A stretch of 42,506 nt of DNA, taken from NCBI GenBank assembly GCA_029858565.1, contig JAOUEV010000029.1:1-42506 (forward strand), written 5' to 3'. The stretch comes from Nitrospirota bacterium (GTDB lineage Bacteria > Nitrospirota > UBA9217). The stretch's first letter is position 1. Each line of letters begins with the position of its first letter. Under the pieces are notes generated by a model. The model was not told the DNA's origin. It did not search any database and was given only the letters and a program-made list of their open reading frames with translations. Both the position numbers and the translations under genes were made by a program. Below are positions 1 through 8,851 of this stretch, in pieces.

Positions 1-127
1 ACAGCCATCTCCTGGAAGTGTGCCGCTATGTAGTGCTGAATCCGGTGCGGGCCAGGATGGTGGAAACGCCGGACGCCTGGAAATGGTCCAGCTATCTGGC
101 AGCGGCGGGGAAGGCACAGCCTCATTC
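1..127 (+). repeat. Fragment of a second copy of the RAYT-type transposase gene (exact duplicate of 3087-3213)
   Basis: Bases 1-127 match 3087-3213 base for base (encoding ...SHLLEVCRYVVLNPVRARMVETPDAWKWSSY...) and then diverge abruptly. Confidence 0.9.
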
Positions 128-251
128 GCAAGCGATAATTCTTTCGCACAATACTTGACTAATATGGTATTATATACTTACTGAAGAGCCGGGAATGCAA
201 AACAGTTTGATTGACCGTGAGCACAATTCAAGGACGAAAAGGAGGAAACAT

Positions 252-986
252 ATGAAACGCGCAGTGCTGTTAGTCCTGGGTTTCTGGTTCTGCCTCATCC
301 CGCTTACCGTGAAAGCGCAGTCAAGCATCCCCGTCATTACCACCGATGAGCTCAAGAAGATTTACGATGCGAAAGAGGATTTCCTGCTCATCAACGCCCT
401 GAGCCACATCGAACACGCTGAAGAGAGCATCGCCGGCTCCGTCAACATCCCCTACAGCAGGCTGAAGGACGGCAAGTCAAAGCTTCCCGAGAACAAAGGC
501 AAGAAACTGGTCTTCTACTGCAAGGGGCCGAAGTGAACGAAGTCCACAAAAACGGCCGGTCTGGCCGTGAAGATGGGCTACACCAACGTGTACGTGTATA
601 ATGAAGGGCTCCCCGAATGGATCAAACGCGGCTATCCCGCGGACCTGAAGAAAGTCTACCCGCAGATCGAGGTGCCGGTGATTTCCGCAGCGGACCTCAA
701 GAGCATGATCGACAAGAAGGAGAAAATGTTCATCCTGGACATCCGGGACGAGGACGACCTCGCCGCCGGGACCATCAAAGGCGCCGTAAACATCTCCCTC
801 GAAGCGCTGGATCTCCACATCAGCGAGGTCCCCAAGGGCAGGAAGGTCGTGATCATGGACCTGCATGGAAAACAGACGAACATGGCGGGACGGTTCCTGG
901 CATCGAAGGGCTATACCGACCTGATCCGTCTGGACGGCGGGCTTGTGAGCGGCTGGATCAAGGCCGGCTACCCTGTCGAGAAGTGA
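252..986 (+). CDS. Exported tandem rhodanese-domain protein, probable selenoprotein (in-frame UGA 534-536 read as Sec95), 244 aa
   Basis: GGAGG SD before ATG252 and a signal peptide ([22 protein letters not shown]). ORFs 195-536 and 567-986 are in the same frame. Readthrough restores a complete rhodanese domain: [38 protein letters not shown]. The second rhodanese domain has Asp at the catalytic position (IMDLHG). Confidence 0.85.
552..568 (+). promoter_or_regulatory. Bacterial SECIS-like hairpin
   Basis: ACGGCC-GGTCT-GGCCGT, a 6-bp stem with a G-initiated apical loop starting 22 nt after the UGA. The loop resembles the GGUC loop of the E. coli fdhF SECIS. Confidence 0.7.
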
Positions 987-1001
987 TGGCTCATCGCTGC
1001 G

Positions 1002-1031
1002 GCCCGGCGCAGGCTGTTCCCTGCGCCGGGC
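1002..1031. repeat. Perfect 12-bp intergenic hairpin without U-tract
   Basis: GCCCGGCGCAGG-ctgttc-CCTGCGCCGGGC between the rhodanese and MCP genes. Confidence 0.75.
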
Positions 1032-1059
1032 ACCCTGCTCCAAAGGAGTGACAGATTCC

Positions 1060-2589
1060 ATGTTCCTGCAGAATTTGACCATTCGGAAAAAACTTATCGT
1101 CGGTTTCGGCATCATCCTGACGCTGCTCGCGGTGGTGAGCGCGGCCGGCATCCTGGCGCTCCAGAAGATCAACAGGAACGCCGGCGCGGTGAAGAACGCG
1201 TCGTTTCCCCAGGCGCTCTTGCTGCTCGAGATCGAGGGCCTTACCCGGCAGATGGTCAACAGCATCACCGCGTCCGTGGACAGCGGCACCGGCCAGGGGC
1301 TCGAACAGGCCGCGCGGTTCAAGCAGGAGCTGGACGGGAAATGGGCTGAGGCGGCGACGGTCTTCAAGGGGAACGCGGCTGCGCTCGAACGGTTCGAGGG
1401 GCTCAAAGGACGGGCGGAAAAGACCTACCTGCAGGGCGGAAAGCTCGCCCGGATCGTCATGAACCAGGAGTGGACGGCGGTCGCCGACGCGACCAACCGG
1501 TTCAAGGACGAGCGGGAAGGCCTGGCGGCGCGCATCGGCGAGCTCAAGACCGCGGGAATCGGCGAACTGGACGCGTCCCTCACGGACATCGTATCGCTCA
1601 CCGTCCGGGCCCTGGCGCTCACCACCGTCGTGATGGTGCTCGGCATCCTGGCCGGCACCGGCCTGACGTTCTACATCGGCGCGCTGATCAACCGGCCGAT
1701 CCAAAAGCTGATGCGCGGCATCTCCTCCCTGGCTGCCGGCGACCTGTCGATCGAGATCGACGCGACCGGCAGGGACGAGATGGGGCAATTGCTTGCCGAC
1801 GTAAAACACATGGTGGAGAAGCTGAACAGCGTCGTGTCTGACGTCAAACACGCGTCCCAGACGCTTGCGTCCAGCAGCGCCCAGCTCGCGGCAGGGGCGA
1901 AACAGGTCTCCGAGGGATCAACGCGCCAGGCGTCGTCCAGCGAAGAGGCCTCGGCCGTGATCGAGGAAATGGCCGCCACGATCCAGCAGAACGCCGAGAA
2001 CGCCCGGGAGACCGAGAAGATCGCGACGAAGGCCGCCGCCGACGCGTCGGAAGGCCGGAAGTCGGTTTCCAACGCCGTGCAGGCCATGCGCCAGATCGCC
2101 GAGAAGATCTCGATCATCGGGGAGATCGCCCGGCAGACGAACCTGCTGGCACTGAACGCGGCCATCGAAGCTGCCCGGGCAGGCGAGAGCGGCAAGGGTT
2201 TTGCGGTGGTCGCCGCCGAGGTGCGCAAGCTCGCCGAACGCAGCGGTGCGGCTGCCGACGAGATCGGCGAGATCTCGTCCACGAGCGTGGAGGTCGCGGA
2301 GTTCGCCGGCGAGATGCTGGAGAAGCTCGTGCCGGACATCCAGCGGACCGCGGACCGGATCCAGGAGATCAGCGCCGCGAGCAAGGAGCAGGCCAGCGCC
2401 GCAGGGCAGATCAAGGCCGCAATCGAGGACCTGAACAACGTGGTGCAGCAGAACGCGGGCGCCGCGGAAGAGACCCATGCCACGGCCGAGGAACTGTCCT
2501 CGGAGGCGAGCTGGCTGCAGGAAACCGTGGCGTTCTTCAAGGTGCGGAAGGACAAATCGGCCGCGCTGCAGCGACCTCCTGCCCCGTGA
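1060..2589 (+). CDS. Methyl-accepting chemotaxis protein (TM, periplasmic helical sensor, TM, HAMP, MCP signal domain)
   Basis: Hairpin-tip motif [44 protein letters not shown] (GDLS...GRDEMGQL) and two TM segments. AAGGAG lies upstream of ATG1060 (GTG1048 is an alternative start). Confidence 0.95.
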   Translation: MFLQNLTIRKKLIVGFGIILTLLAVVSAAGILALQKINRNAGAVKNASFPQALLLLEIEGLTRQMVNSITASVDSGTGQGLEQAARFKQELDGKWAEAATVFKGNAAALERFEGLKGRAEKTYLQGGKLARIVMNQEWTAVADATNRFKDEREGLAARIGELKTAGIGELDASLTDIVSLTVRALALTTVVMVLGILAGTGLTFYIGALINRPIQKLMRGISSLAAGDLSIEIDATGRDEMGQLLADVKHMVEKLNSVVSDVKHASQTLASSSAQLAAGAKQVSEGSTRQASSSEEASAVIEEMAATIQQNAENARETEKIATKAAADASEGRKSVSNAVQAMRQIAEKISIIGEIARQTNLLALNAAIEAARAGESGKGFAVVAAEVRKLAERSGAAADEIGEISSTSVEVAEFAGEMLEKLVPDIQRTADRIQEISAASKEQASAAGQIKAAIEDLNNVVQQNAGAAEETHATAEELSSEASWLQETVAFFKVRKDKSAALQRPPAP

Positions 2590-2710
2590 ACAGATGAGCC
2601 GGGTCACTCGTGATAAGCTTTTTCTCTCTTCGGTTCTTTCGCATTTATTAATTGTCTCATAATAATATCGACAGTGGAGCCCCCGGAGGCACGGAACCTA
2701 CAGGGTTATA

Positions 2711-3629
2711 CAGGTCTCTTTTGTTGCAATTCAGCCATTTCTCTGCTATCCATTCCGCATGTCCCGCCCTCTTCGCATAGAATATGCCGGTGCCGTTTAT
2801 CACGTGACATCCCCGGGTAACGAGAAGAAGCCGGTCTTTAAAGATGATCATGACCGGGAAGTATTTCTCAACACCCTCCAGCATGTAAACAAACGGTACA
2901 ACTGGATCTGCCCTGCCTACTGCCTCATGACCAACCATTACCACCTGCTTATCGAAACACCGGAAGGCAATCTGTCCCTTGGAATGCGGCAGCTCAATGG
3001 CGTTTACACGCAGCTCTTCAATAAGCATCATGGAAGGAACGGGCATCTTTATCAGGGACGCTACATGGCCATCCTGATCCAGAAGGACAGCCATCTCCTG
3101 GAAGTGTGCCGCTATGTAGTGCTGAATCCGGTGCGGGCCAGGATGGTGGAAACGCCGGACGCCTGGAAATGGTCCAGCTATCTGGCAGCGGCGGGGAAGG
3201 CACAGCCTCATTCCTGTCTTACGACGGAATGGGTACTTGGACAGTTCAGCGGCAAACGAGGAAAAGCGGAGAGCGAATATCGGCAGTTCGTCAAATGGGG
3301 GATCGGGGAGAAAACGATCCGGACCTCGGTGCGGGGGCAGGCACTCCTCGGCGAGGATGATTTTGTTGATACGCTGGCGGACCATCTCAGGAAGAAGAGG
3401 GACATCCCGGAGATTCCGCGCAGTCAGCGGTATTCAACACGGCCCGGTTTGTCAAAGCTGCTGCCCGAATCGATCAGTGCAGATCGACGAAAGTTAAAGA
3501 AGAAGTTGGTCGAAGCGGTGGAAAAAATACGGCTATCATCAAAGCCAGCTTGCGCGGCATCTTGCAGTCCACCGTTCGACGATCAGCCGTTGGCTTCAAG
3601 ATTATGAAACTGCAACAAAAGAGATCTGA
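2711..3629 (+). mobile_element. RAYT/Y1-transposase element bounded by 18-bp inverted repeats
   Basis: Left CAGGTCTCTTTTGTTGCA (2711-2728) and right TGCAACAAAAGAGATCTG (3611-3628) are inverted complements at 17/18 positions and enclose the transposase gene. Confidence 0.75.
2759..3629 (+). pseudogene. REP-associated tyrosine (HUH/Y1) transposase with frameshifted C-terminal HTH
   Basis: Motifs MSRPLRIEYAGAVYHVTS, YCLMTNHYHLL (HUH), GHLYQGRY, RYVVLNPVRA and WSSY. Removing one A from A6 at 3522-3527 restores KYGYHQSQLARHLAVHRSTISRW (HTH), ending at TGA 3627-3629. As sequenced the ORF ends at 3607. Confidence 0.75.
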
Positions 3630-3831
3630 CCCGTATGGCTTGCAGAAATCCTGGCGGACGCTGAGACTCTAGGGAACGTTGTTGCACGCGTTGCGTGGCG
3701 GTCCCCCCGAGATCTCAATAGCCGCTCGATCATTTGTTGAACTTAAAGGCCTTTTCCAAAGAATAGAGATTCTCCTGTGCGCGCTCTATCGTTACGAGGC
3801 GACGTTAACAACGGTTACCCCTGCCTGCCGC

Positions 3832-3860
3832 TTGCCAACGACCGCCGGACATGCTACTGT
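3832..3860 (+). promoter_or_regulatory. Sigma70-type promoter abutting ATG3866 (probable leaderless mRNA)
   Basis: TTGCCA-17 nt-TACTGT with an extended -10 TG. ATG is 5 nt further on and no SD is visible. Confidence 0.5.
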
Positions 3861-3865
3861 AGTCC

Positions 3866-4927
3866 ATGGCCGAGCCTCTCTTTTCGATCTATCAGCCCTT
3901 CACTGCGCGGCGGTTGCTGCGGTCGATCGCAGCGAACCTCGTCATCAACACCGTCATCGCGCTGATCATCACCGCCATCGGCGTGGGCAAGGGGTTCACC
4001 GTCACGTTCATCTTCTCCCAGTGCATCGGCTTCTCCATCTTCGGCGCAAACCTCGCCGTGTTGCCGTTCTATCGCCGGTTGCGGCGCTCCGGGTCCCAGG
4101 CTCTGCTGATCGTGACAGCGATCATCGCCGGCGCGCTTGTCGGGACCATGCTCGGGGCGCTGGCGAACGGCATCGATCCTCTGTTGTTCTTCCGGGACCG
4201 GTCCGATTATTTCCTGCAGATCCTCATATTCGCGCTGCTCTTCGGTTTCGTGATCAGCGGCATGTCGATCGCGCTTGCCCTGCTTTCCGAGGAAAAGGTC
4301 CGGCGGCTGGAGCTGGAAAAGACCGCTGTCGAGGCTGAGCTGCGGCTGCTCCAGTCCCAGATCGAGCCGCACTTCCTGTTCAACACGCTTTCGAACGTTC
4401 TCGGTCTCATCGACACGGACAAGGACCGGGCGCGCAGCATGCTCGAGTCCTTCACCTCCTTCCTGCGGGCATCGCTCGTGGCGTCCCGGGAGAAGACCGT
4501 GCCATTGGGCCAGGAAATGGATACGATCAGAAGCTACCTGGACATCTTCACCGTGCGCATGGGAACACGGCTCCGGTATCGCATCGACATTCCCGACGAT
4601 ATCCGGCAGTGCCGCGTACCGCCGCTCCTGCTCCAGCCGCTGGTCGAGAACGCGGTCAAGCACGGCCTTGAGCCGTCGGTCGGGGGCGGCGTGATCTCGA
4701 TCATTGGCGAGCGGATCCCGGGCCGGGTCCGGATCACCGTGTCCGACACGGGCATCGGTCTCCATGAGAAGAGCGCGGGGACCGGCGTGGGGCTGGAGAA
4801 CGTACGGAAACGATTGGAGCTGCTGCACGGAAGCGCAGGAACGCTGGTGCTGGAGGAGAACGAGCCGACCGGCGTGAAAGTGAGCATCCATATTCCTTAT
4901 GAAGCCAATTCGGGCGATCATAGCTGA
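3866..4927 (+). CDS. LytS/YehU-family sensor histidine kinase
   Basis: Four N-terminal TM helices, LQSQIEPHFLFNTL (His_kinase family H box), PPLLLQPLVENAVKHG, DTGIG and GVGLENVRKRL. Confidence 0.93.
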   Translation: MAEPLFSIYQPFTARRLLRSIAANLVINTVIALIITAIGVGKGFTVTFIFSQCIGFSIFGANLAVLPFYRRLRRSGSQALLIVTAIIAGALVGTMLGALANGIDPLLFFRDRSDYFLQILIFALLFGFVISGMSIALALLSEEKVRRLELEKTAVEAELRLLQSQIEPHFLFNTLSNVLGLIDTDKDRARSMLESFTSFLRASLVASREKTVPLGQEMDTIRSYLDIFTVRMGTRLRYRIDIPDDIRQCRVPPLLLQPLVENAVKHGLEPSVGGGVISIIGERIPGRVRITVSDTGIGLHEKSAGTGVGLENVRKRLELLHGSAGTLVLEENEPTGVKVSIHIPYEANSGDHS

Positions 4928-5654
4928 CGACGAGGAAACGCTTCGGGCGGCCCTGCGGCGGAAGCTGGAGGTCCAGTGGCCCGAGCTCGAGATCGTTGCC
5001 GAGGCCGGGGACGGGGAGCAGGCGCTCCGGCTGCTTACGGACCTGCGGCCGGAGATCGCGTTCCTGGACATCACGATGCCCGGTCTGTCGGGCATCGAGG
5101 TCGCACAGCAGACCGCGGGGACATCGCTCTTCGTGTTCGTCACGGCCCACGACGAATATGCTGTCGAAGCCTTTGAGAGCGAGGCGATCGACTATCTGCT
5201 CAAACCGGTGGCCGACGACCGGCTGCACAAGACGGTCGCGCGCCTGAAGACGCGGCTTGCGGCGAAGACCGTACCTGACCTGTCGGCCGTACTGGAGCGG
5301 TTGTCCCTGGCTGTGCCGAAAACGCCGGCCCATCTTCAGTGGATCAAGGCCCAGCAGAAGGACGGCGTGCGGCTCATCGCGGTGAAGGACGTCTATTTCT
5401 TCCGCTCCACGGACAAATACACCACTGTCAGGACCCGGGATGGCGAGTTCCTGATCCGGAAGCCCCTGAAGGACCTTGAACAAGAGCTCGATCCAGGGCA
5501 ATTCTGGCGGGTCCACCGCGCTGCCATCGTGAACGTCCGCATGATCTCGAAAGTCGACCGCACCATCGCGGGGATGCGCACCATCCGTTTTGTGAACCTG
5601 CCGGATACCCTGGCTGTCAGCAGGGCCTTTGCCCATCTTTTTAAGCAGATGTAA
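4899..5654 (+). CDS. LytTR-family response regulator
   Basis: Receiver motifs IADDE, FLDITMPG, FVTAH and YLLKP. LytTR motif FWRVHRAAIVN...VSR. Overlaps the kinase 3' end. Confidence 0.95.
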   Translation: MKPIRAIIADDEETLRAALRRKLEVQWPELEIVAEAGDGEQALRLLTDLRPEIAFLDITMPGLSGIEVAQQTAGTSLFVFVTAHDEYAVEAFESEAIDYLLKPVADDRLHKTVARLKTRLAAKTVPDLSAVLERLSLAVPKTPAHLQWIKAQQKDGVRLIAVKDVYFFRSTDKYTTVRTRDGEFLIRKPLKDLEQELDPGQFWRVHRAAIVNVRMISKVDRTIAGMRTIRFVNLPDTLAVSRAFAHLFKQM

Positions 5655-5665
5655 GGTCCACTTAT

Positions 5666-5707
5666 CCTGTTCGCCTTCCGTTCATCCCCTGTTTTCTGCT
5701 GTTCGTC
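5666..5707 (+). promoter_or_regulatory. Phased GTT(C) direct repeats, candidate LytTR binding sites
   Basis: cctGTTCgcc, tccGTTCatc, cctGTTTtct and gctGTTCgtc, with GTT at 5669, 5680, 5691 and 5701. A GATAAT -10-like hexamer lies at 5738-5743. Confidence 0.55.
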
Positions 5708-5749
5708 GCACATTCCTTGCGTTACTCCCTCCAGAGCGATAATGTTTGC

Positions 5750-5897
5750 TTAACAGGTCACTGAAAAGTCTTATGTCTGTCTTTGCGAGCATAGCGAAGC
5801 AAACTCGTAGCTAATGAACTCAGGGCACTACGAGGTTGCTTCGTCGCGAAATCGCTCCTCGCAATGACAATCCAGGGCTTATTTGGCAAACTGTTAG
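5750..5897. repeat. Nested palindromic REP/MITE-like element
   Basis: Core 5778-5869: TGTCTTTGCGAG...CGAAGCAAACTCGTAG...CTACGAGGTTGCTTCG...CTCGCAATGACA (nested inverted arms). Outer ends TAACAG.../...CTGTTA. Confidence 0.65.
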
Positions 5898-5949
5898 AAG
5901 ATAACCCCTCTCTCCGGAGGGGCGAGGAAAAAGCAGAAGGAGGACCGAT

Positions 5950-6621
5950 ATGAACATCCTCGAATTCCATGAGGTGACCAAGGACTACCGGCTCGGCGAG
6001 ACAACGGTCTCGGCTCTGCGGGGCGTTGACCTCGCTGTGGGCGAGGGCGAGTTCATTGCCGTGCTCGGCGCGTCGGGCAGCGGCAAGTCCACGCTCCTGA
6101 ACCTGGCAGGCGCCATCGACGATCCCACGACCGGCGAAGTGCGCATCAGGGACCGGGACGCCGCGGGGCTGACGGACAACGAAAAGGCCGAACTCCGGAG
6201 CCGGTCCATCGGGTTCATTTTCCAGAACTTCAACCTCCTGTCCGTGCTCACGGCGCTGGAGAACGTGATGCTGTCGCTCCAGATCCGCGGCAGCAGGACC
6301 GCGATCGCACGGCAGGAAGCGGCCCAGCGGCTGGACGAGGTGGGACTGGCGGACTATCTGCACCACCGGCCGGACAAGCTCTCGGGCGGCCAGCGCCAGC
6401 GGGTCGCGATCGCGCGGGCGCTCGTCACGAGGCCGTCCCTGATCCTGGCGGACGAGCCCACGGCCAACCTGGACCACGTGACCGCCCAGTCGATCATCGA
6501 CCTGATGAAGGAGCTGAACGAAAAGGAAGGGGTCACGTTCCTGTTCTCGACCCATGATCAGCGGCTGATCAGCGAGGTGAAGCGGGTGGTGCGGATCGAT
6601 GACGGACGGATAGCGCAGTAA
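5950..6621 (+). CDS. ABC transporter ATP-binding protein (LolD/MacB-like)
   Basis: Walker [10 protein letters not shown], signature [15 protein letters not shown], Walker B ILADEPT, STH. GGAGG SD. Confidence 0.95.
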   Translation: MNILEFHEVTKDYRLGETTVSALRGVDLAVGEGEFIAVLGASGSGKSTLLNLAGAIDDPTTGEVRIRDRDAAGLTDNEKAELRSRSIGFIFQNFNLLSVLTALENVMLSLQIRGSRTAIARQEAAQRLDEVGLADYLHHRPDKLSGGQRQRVAIARALVTRPSLILADEPTANLDHVTAQSIIDLMKELNEKEGVTFLFSTHDQRLISEVKRVVRIDDGRIAQ

Positions 6622-6626
6622 CAACC

Positions 6627-6658
6627 GACGCGGAGACACGGAGACGCGAGGACGCGGG
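6627..6658 (+). repeat. 8-bp degenerate tandem repeat x4
   Basis: gacgcgga gacacgga gacgcgag gacgcggg just after the ATPase stop codon. Confidence 0.7.
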
Positions 6659-6677
6659 GAAGAGACGGGAGGCTCAA

Positions 6678-7925
6678 ATGTTCACCTGGTTCACCATATC
6701 GCTCAGGAACATCGTGAAGAACGGCAGGCGCAGCCTGGTGACCGTGCTGGCCATCGCGCTGGGCTATGCCGCGATCAACCTGTTCCAGGGCTACGTCCAC
6801 AGCACTTACGAAGGTCTCACCACCGCGGCGATCAAGGGCGAGGGGCTCGGTCATCTGACGATCTTCAAGAAGGGCTACCTGGAGCAGGGCAAGCTCCATC
6901 CGGAGAGATACCAGTTCACCCGCGACGAGGCGGAGCTCATCATACAGGTCGTGCGGAAGCAGCCGGACGTGCAGCTCGTGACCCCCCGGCTCTCGGTCTC
7001 GGGCATCATCTCGAACGGAAGGAACTCAACGATCTTCATCGCCCAGGGGCTCGTGCCCCGGGATGACAGGGAGATCCGCGGCGACATCAGGAAGATAACG
7101 ACCTTCGACGGCCGGTATCTTGCCGACAACGAGCGAAGCGGGGTGGTGATCGGGGCCGAGCTCGCCGCCATGCTGGACCTCACCGTGGGCAGCGATGCGG
7201 TGGTGCTGTCCAATACCTATACCGGCATGGCCAATGCGCTCGATGCAAAGGTCATCGGGATCTTCGACACCGGAGCGTCGGCGACCAACGACAAGATGGT
7301 GCTGATGACCTTCCGCCACGCCCAGGACCTGGTGGACTACACCGGCGCCGAGCGGCTGGTGGTGCTGCTCAGGAACGGAAAGAACGGGAACGCGTCCGCT
7401 GAGGCCGCGGCCAGGCTCGGCGCGCTGCTTGCCGCCGAGGGATTCGACGTGGAGATCAGGACCTGGAAGGACCTGTCGGTCTTCTACAGCCAGGTGAAGA
7501 ACATGTTCGACATGATCTTCCTGTTCATCTTCATCATCGTGCTCGTGATCGTGGTGATGAGCGTGGTGAACACCATGAGCATGTCGGTGATGGAGCGGAC
7601 CCGGGAGATCGGCACCCTGCGGGCGCTGGGCCTGAAACGGCGCAGCGTCAAATCCCTCTTTGCAACCGAAGGCGCGCTGCTGGGGCTCCTGGGCAGCGGC
7701 GCAGGATGTATGCTGTTCTTCGCGGTCTACGGCGCGATCGCCGCGGCCCAGCCCACCTACATTCCGCCCGGGTCGTCGAGCCCGGTGCCGCTCCGGGTGG
7801 ACCTCGTCTGGCCGGCCCTAGCCCGGAGCATTGCCTTTATGTCGCTCCTGTCGCTGCTTGCCGCCTTTGTACCTGCCCGGCGGTCAGCGCGGATGACGGT
7901 CGTGGATGCGCTGGGGCACATCTAG
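6678..7925 (+). CDS. ABC transporter permease (FtsX/LolE-like)
   Basis: N-terminal TM, large periplasmic domain, SVMERTREIGTLRALG and PARRSARMTVVDAL. Confidence 0.93.
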   Translation: MFTWFTISLRNIVKNGRRSLVTVLAIALGYAAINLFQGYVHSTYEGLTTAAIKGEGLGHLTIFKKGYLEQGKLHPERYQFTRDEAELIIQVVRKQPDVQLVTPRLSVSGIISNGRNSTIFIAQGLVPRDDREIRGDIRKITTFDGRYLADNERSGVVIGAELAAMLDLTVGSDAVVLSNTYTGMANALDAKVIGIFDTGASATNDKMVLMTFRHAQDLVDYTGAERLVVLLRNGKNGNASAEAAARLGALLAAEGFDVEIRTWKDLSVFYSQVKNMFDMIFLFIFIIVLVIVVMSVVNTMSMSVMERTREIGTLRALGLKRRSVKSLFATEGALLGLLGSGAGCMLFFAVYGAIAAAQPTYIPPGSSSPVPLRVDLVWPALARSIAFMSLLSLLAAFVPARRSARMTVVDALGHI

Positions 7926-7988
7926 AATGCGGAATGGGGAATTCGGAATGCGGAATGGAAGGCGAGAGACCCGTGACCGGGGACAAGA
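7926..7988 (+). repeat. 7-bp degenerate tandem repeats
   Basis: aatgcgg aatgggg aattcgg aatgcgg aatggaa, followed by gacccgt gaccggg gacaaga. Confidence 0.75.
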
Positions 7989-7998
7989 GGGGTGCGAT

Positions 7999-8751
7999 AT
8001 GAGAAAGGTGCTGATCATGCTGAACATGGCGTTAATTCTGCTCCCGGTTCTGCCTGCGTTTGTTCTCGCCGGTGATGTTCCGGTCAAGGAGATACTCCGC
8101 CACGCCGACCGGGCAAGGGGAAACGTGGCTGGCATCATCTGGGATATCATGATCACCTCGAACGAGGAAGGGGAGCGCGAGTCACGGGGCATGACCGTGA
8201 AGGTCAAGGGCAACGATACCCTGGCGCGCTACACCAGTCCGCCGAACTACAGCGATCGCATGGTCCTGATGCGCGACCGGAACATGTGGTTCATCCGGTC
8301 AGGGCTCAAAAAGCCGGTCTCGATCTCCCCGCGCCAGAAGCTCATGGGCGACGCGGCGAACGGGGATATCGCTTCGACGAACTACGCGGAGGATTACCAC
8401 GCGGTGCTCACGGGAGAGGAGGCGGTCAGGGGCGAGGTCTGCCATGTCCTTGACCTCAAGGCAGCGAACAAGAACGTTACCTACGACCGGATCAAGTACT
8501 GGGTCTCGAAGGAGCGGCTGGTGGGCGTGAAAGCCGAGTTCTACACCCTTTCGGGCAAACTGTTCAAGACCGCGGACTTCACCTACAGCAACAGGATCTC
8601 GATCTCCACGGGAGAGGAGATCCCCTTCCTCTCCGAACTGGTCATCCATGACGCGATCCAGAAGGACAAGGTGACCACGCTGACCTATTCGAACATCAAG
8701 GTCCGGGAGCTGCCCGACTCGACGTTCAATTTGAACGTGTTGATGAAGTAA
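7999..8751 (+). CDS. Outer-membrane lipoprotein-sorting protein (LolA-like fold)
   Basis: Signal peptide, NMWFIRSGLKKPVSISPRQKLMGDAANGDIA, YDRIKYWV, AEFYTLSGKLFKT, LPDSTFN. Lies within an ABC operon. Confidence 0.85.
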   Translation: MRKVLIMLNMALILLPVLPAFVLAGDVPVKEILRHADRARGNVAGIIWDIMITSNEEGERESRGMTVKVKGNDTLARYTSPPNYSDRMVLMRDRNMWFIRSGLKKPVSISPRQKLMGDAANGDIASTNYAEDYHAVLTGEEAVRGEVCHVLDLKAANKNVTYDRIKYWVSKERLVGVKAEFYTLSGKLFKTADFTYSNRISISTGEEIPFLSELVIHDAIQKDKVTTLTYSNIKVRELPDSTFNLNVLMK

Positions 8752-8843
8752 ATTGCGGATTTCGGATTGCGGAATGGGCAAGGCAGGGACGAGAGACGAG
8801 TGACGAGAGATTAGTGACGAGCGACAAGAGATGAGTGATGAGA
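8752..8843 (+). repeat. Two abutting 7-bp tandem repeat arrays
   Basis: attgcgg atttcgg attgcgg aatgggc (8752-8779), then gacgaga gacgagt gacgaga gattagt gacgagc gacaaga gatgagt gatgaga (8788-8843). Confidence 0.8.
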
Positions 8844-8851
8844 GGCAAAGG

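Noticed and set aside
534-536. Genome-wide UGA reassignment (code 4 or 25)
   Set aside because: Many conserved genes here (MCP, lspA, lgt, bamD, sirC) end correctly at TGA.
3679-4338. Long alternative-frame and antisense ORFs (e.g. 3679-4338, 477-1406, 10003-11367, 21714-22469, 41610-42353)
   Set aside because: They are shadow ORFs over well-supported genes in GC-rich DNA and have no recognisable motifs.
6627-8843. CRISPR array
   Set aside because: The repeats are contiguous degenerate 7-8-mers without spacers, and there are no cas genes.
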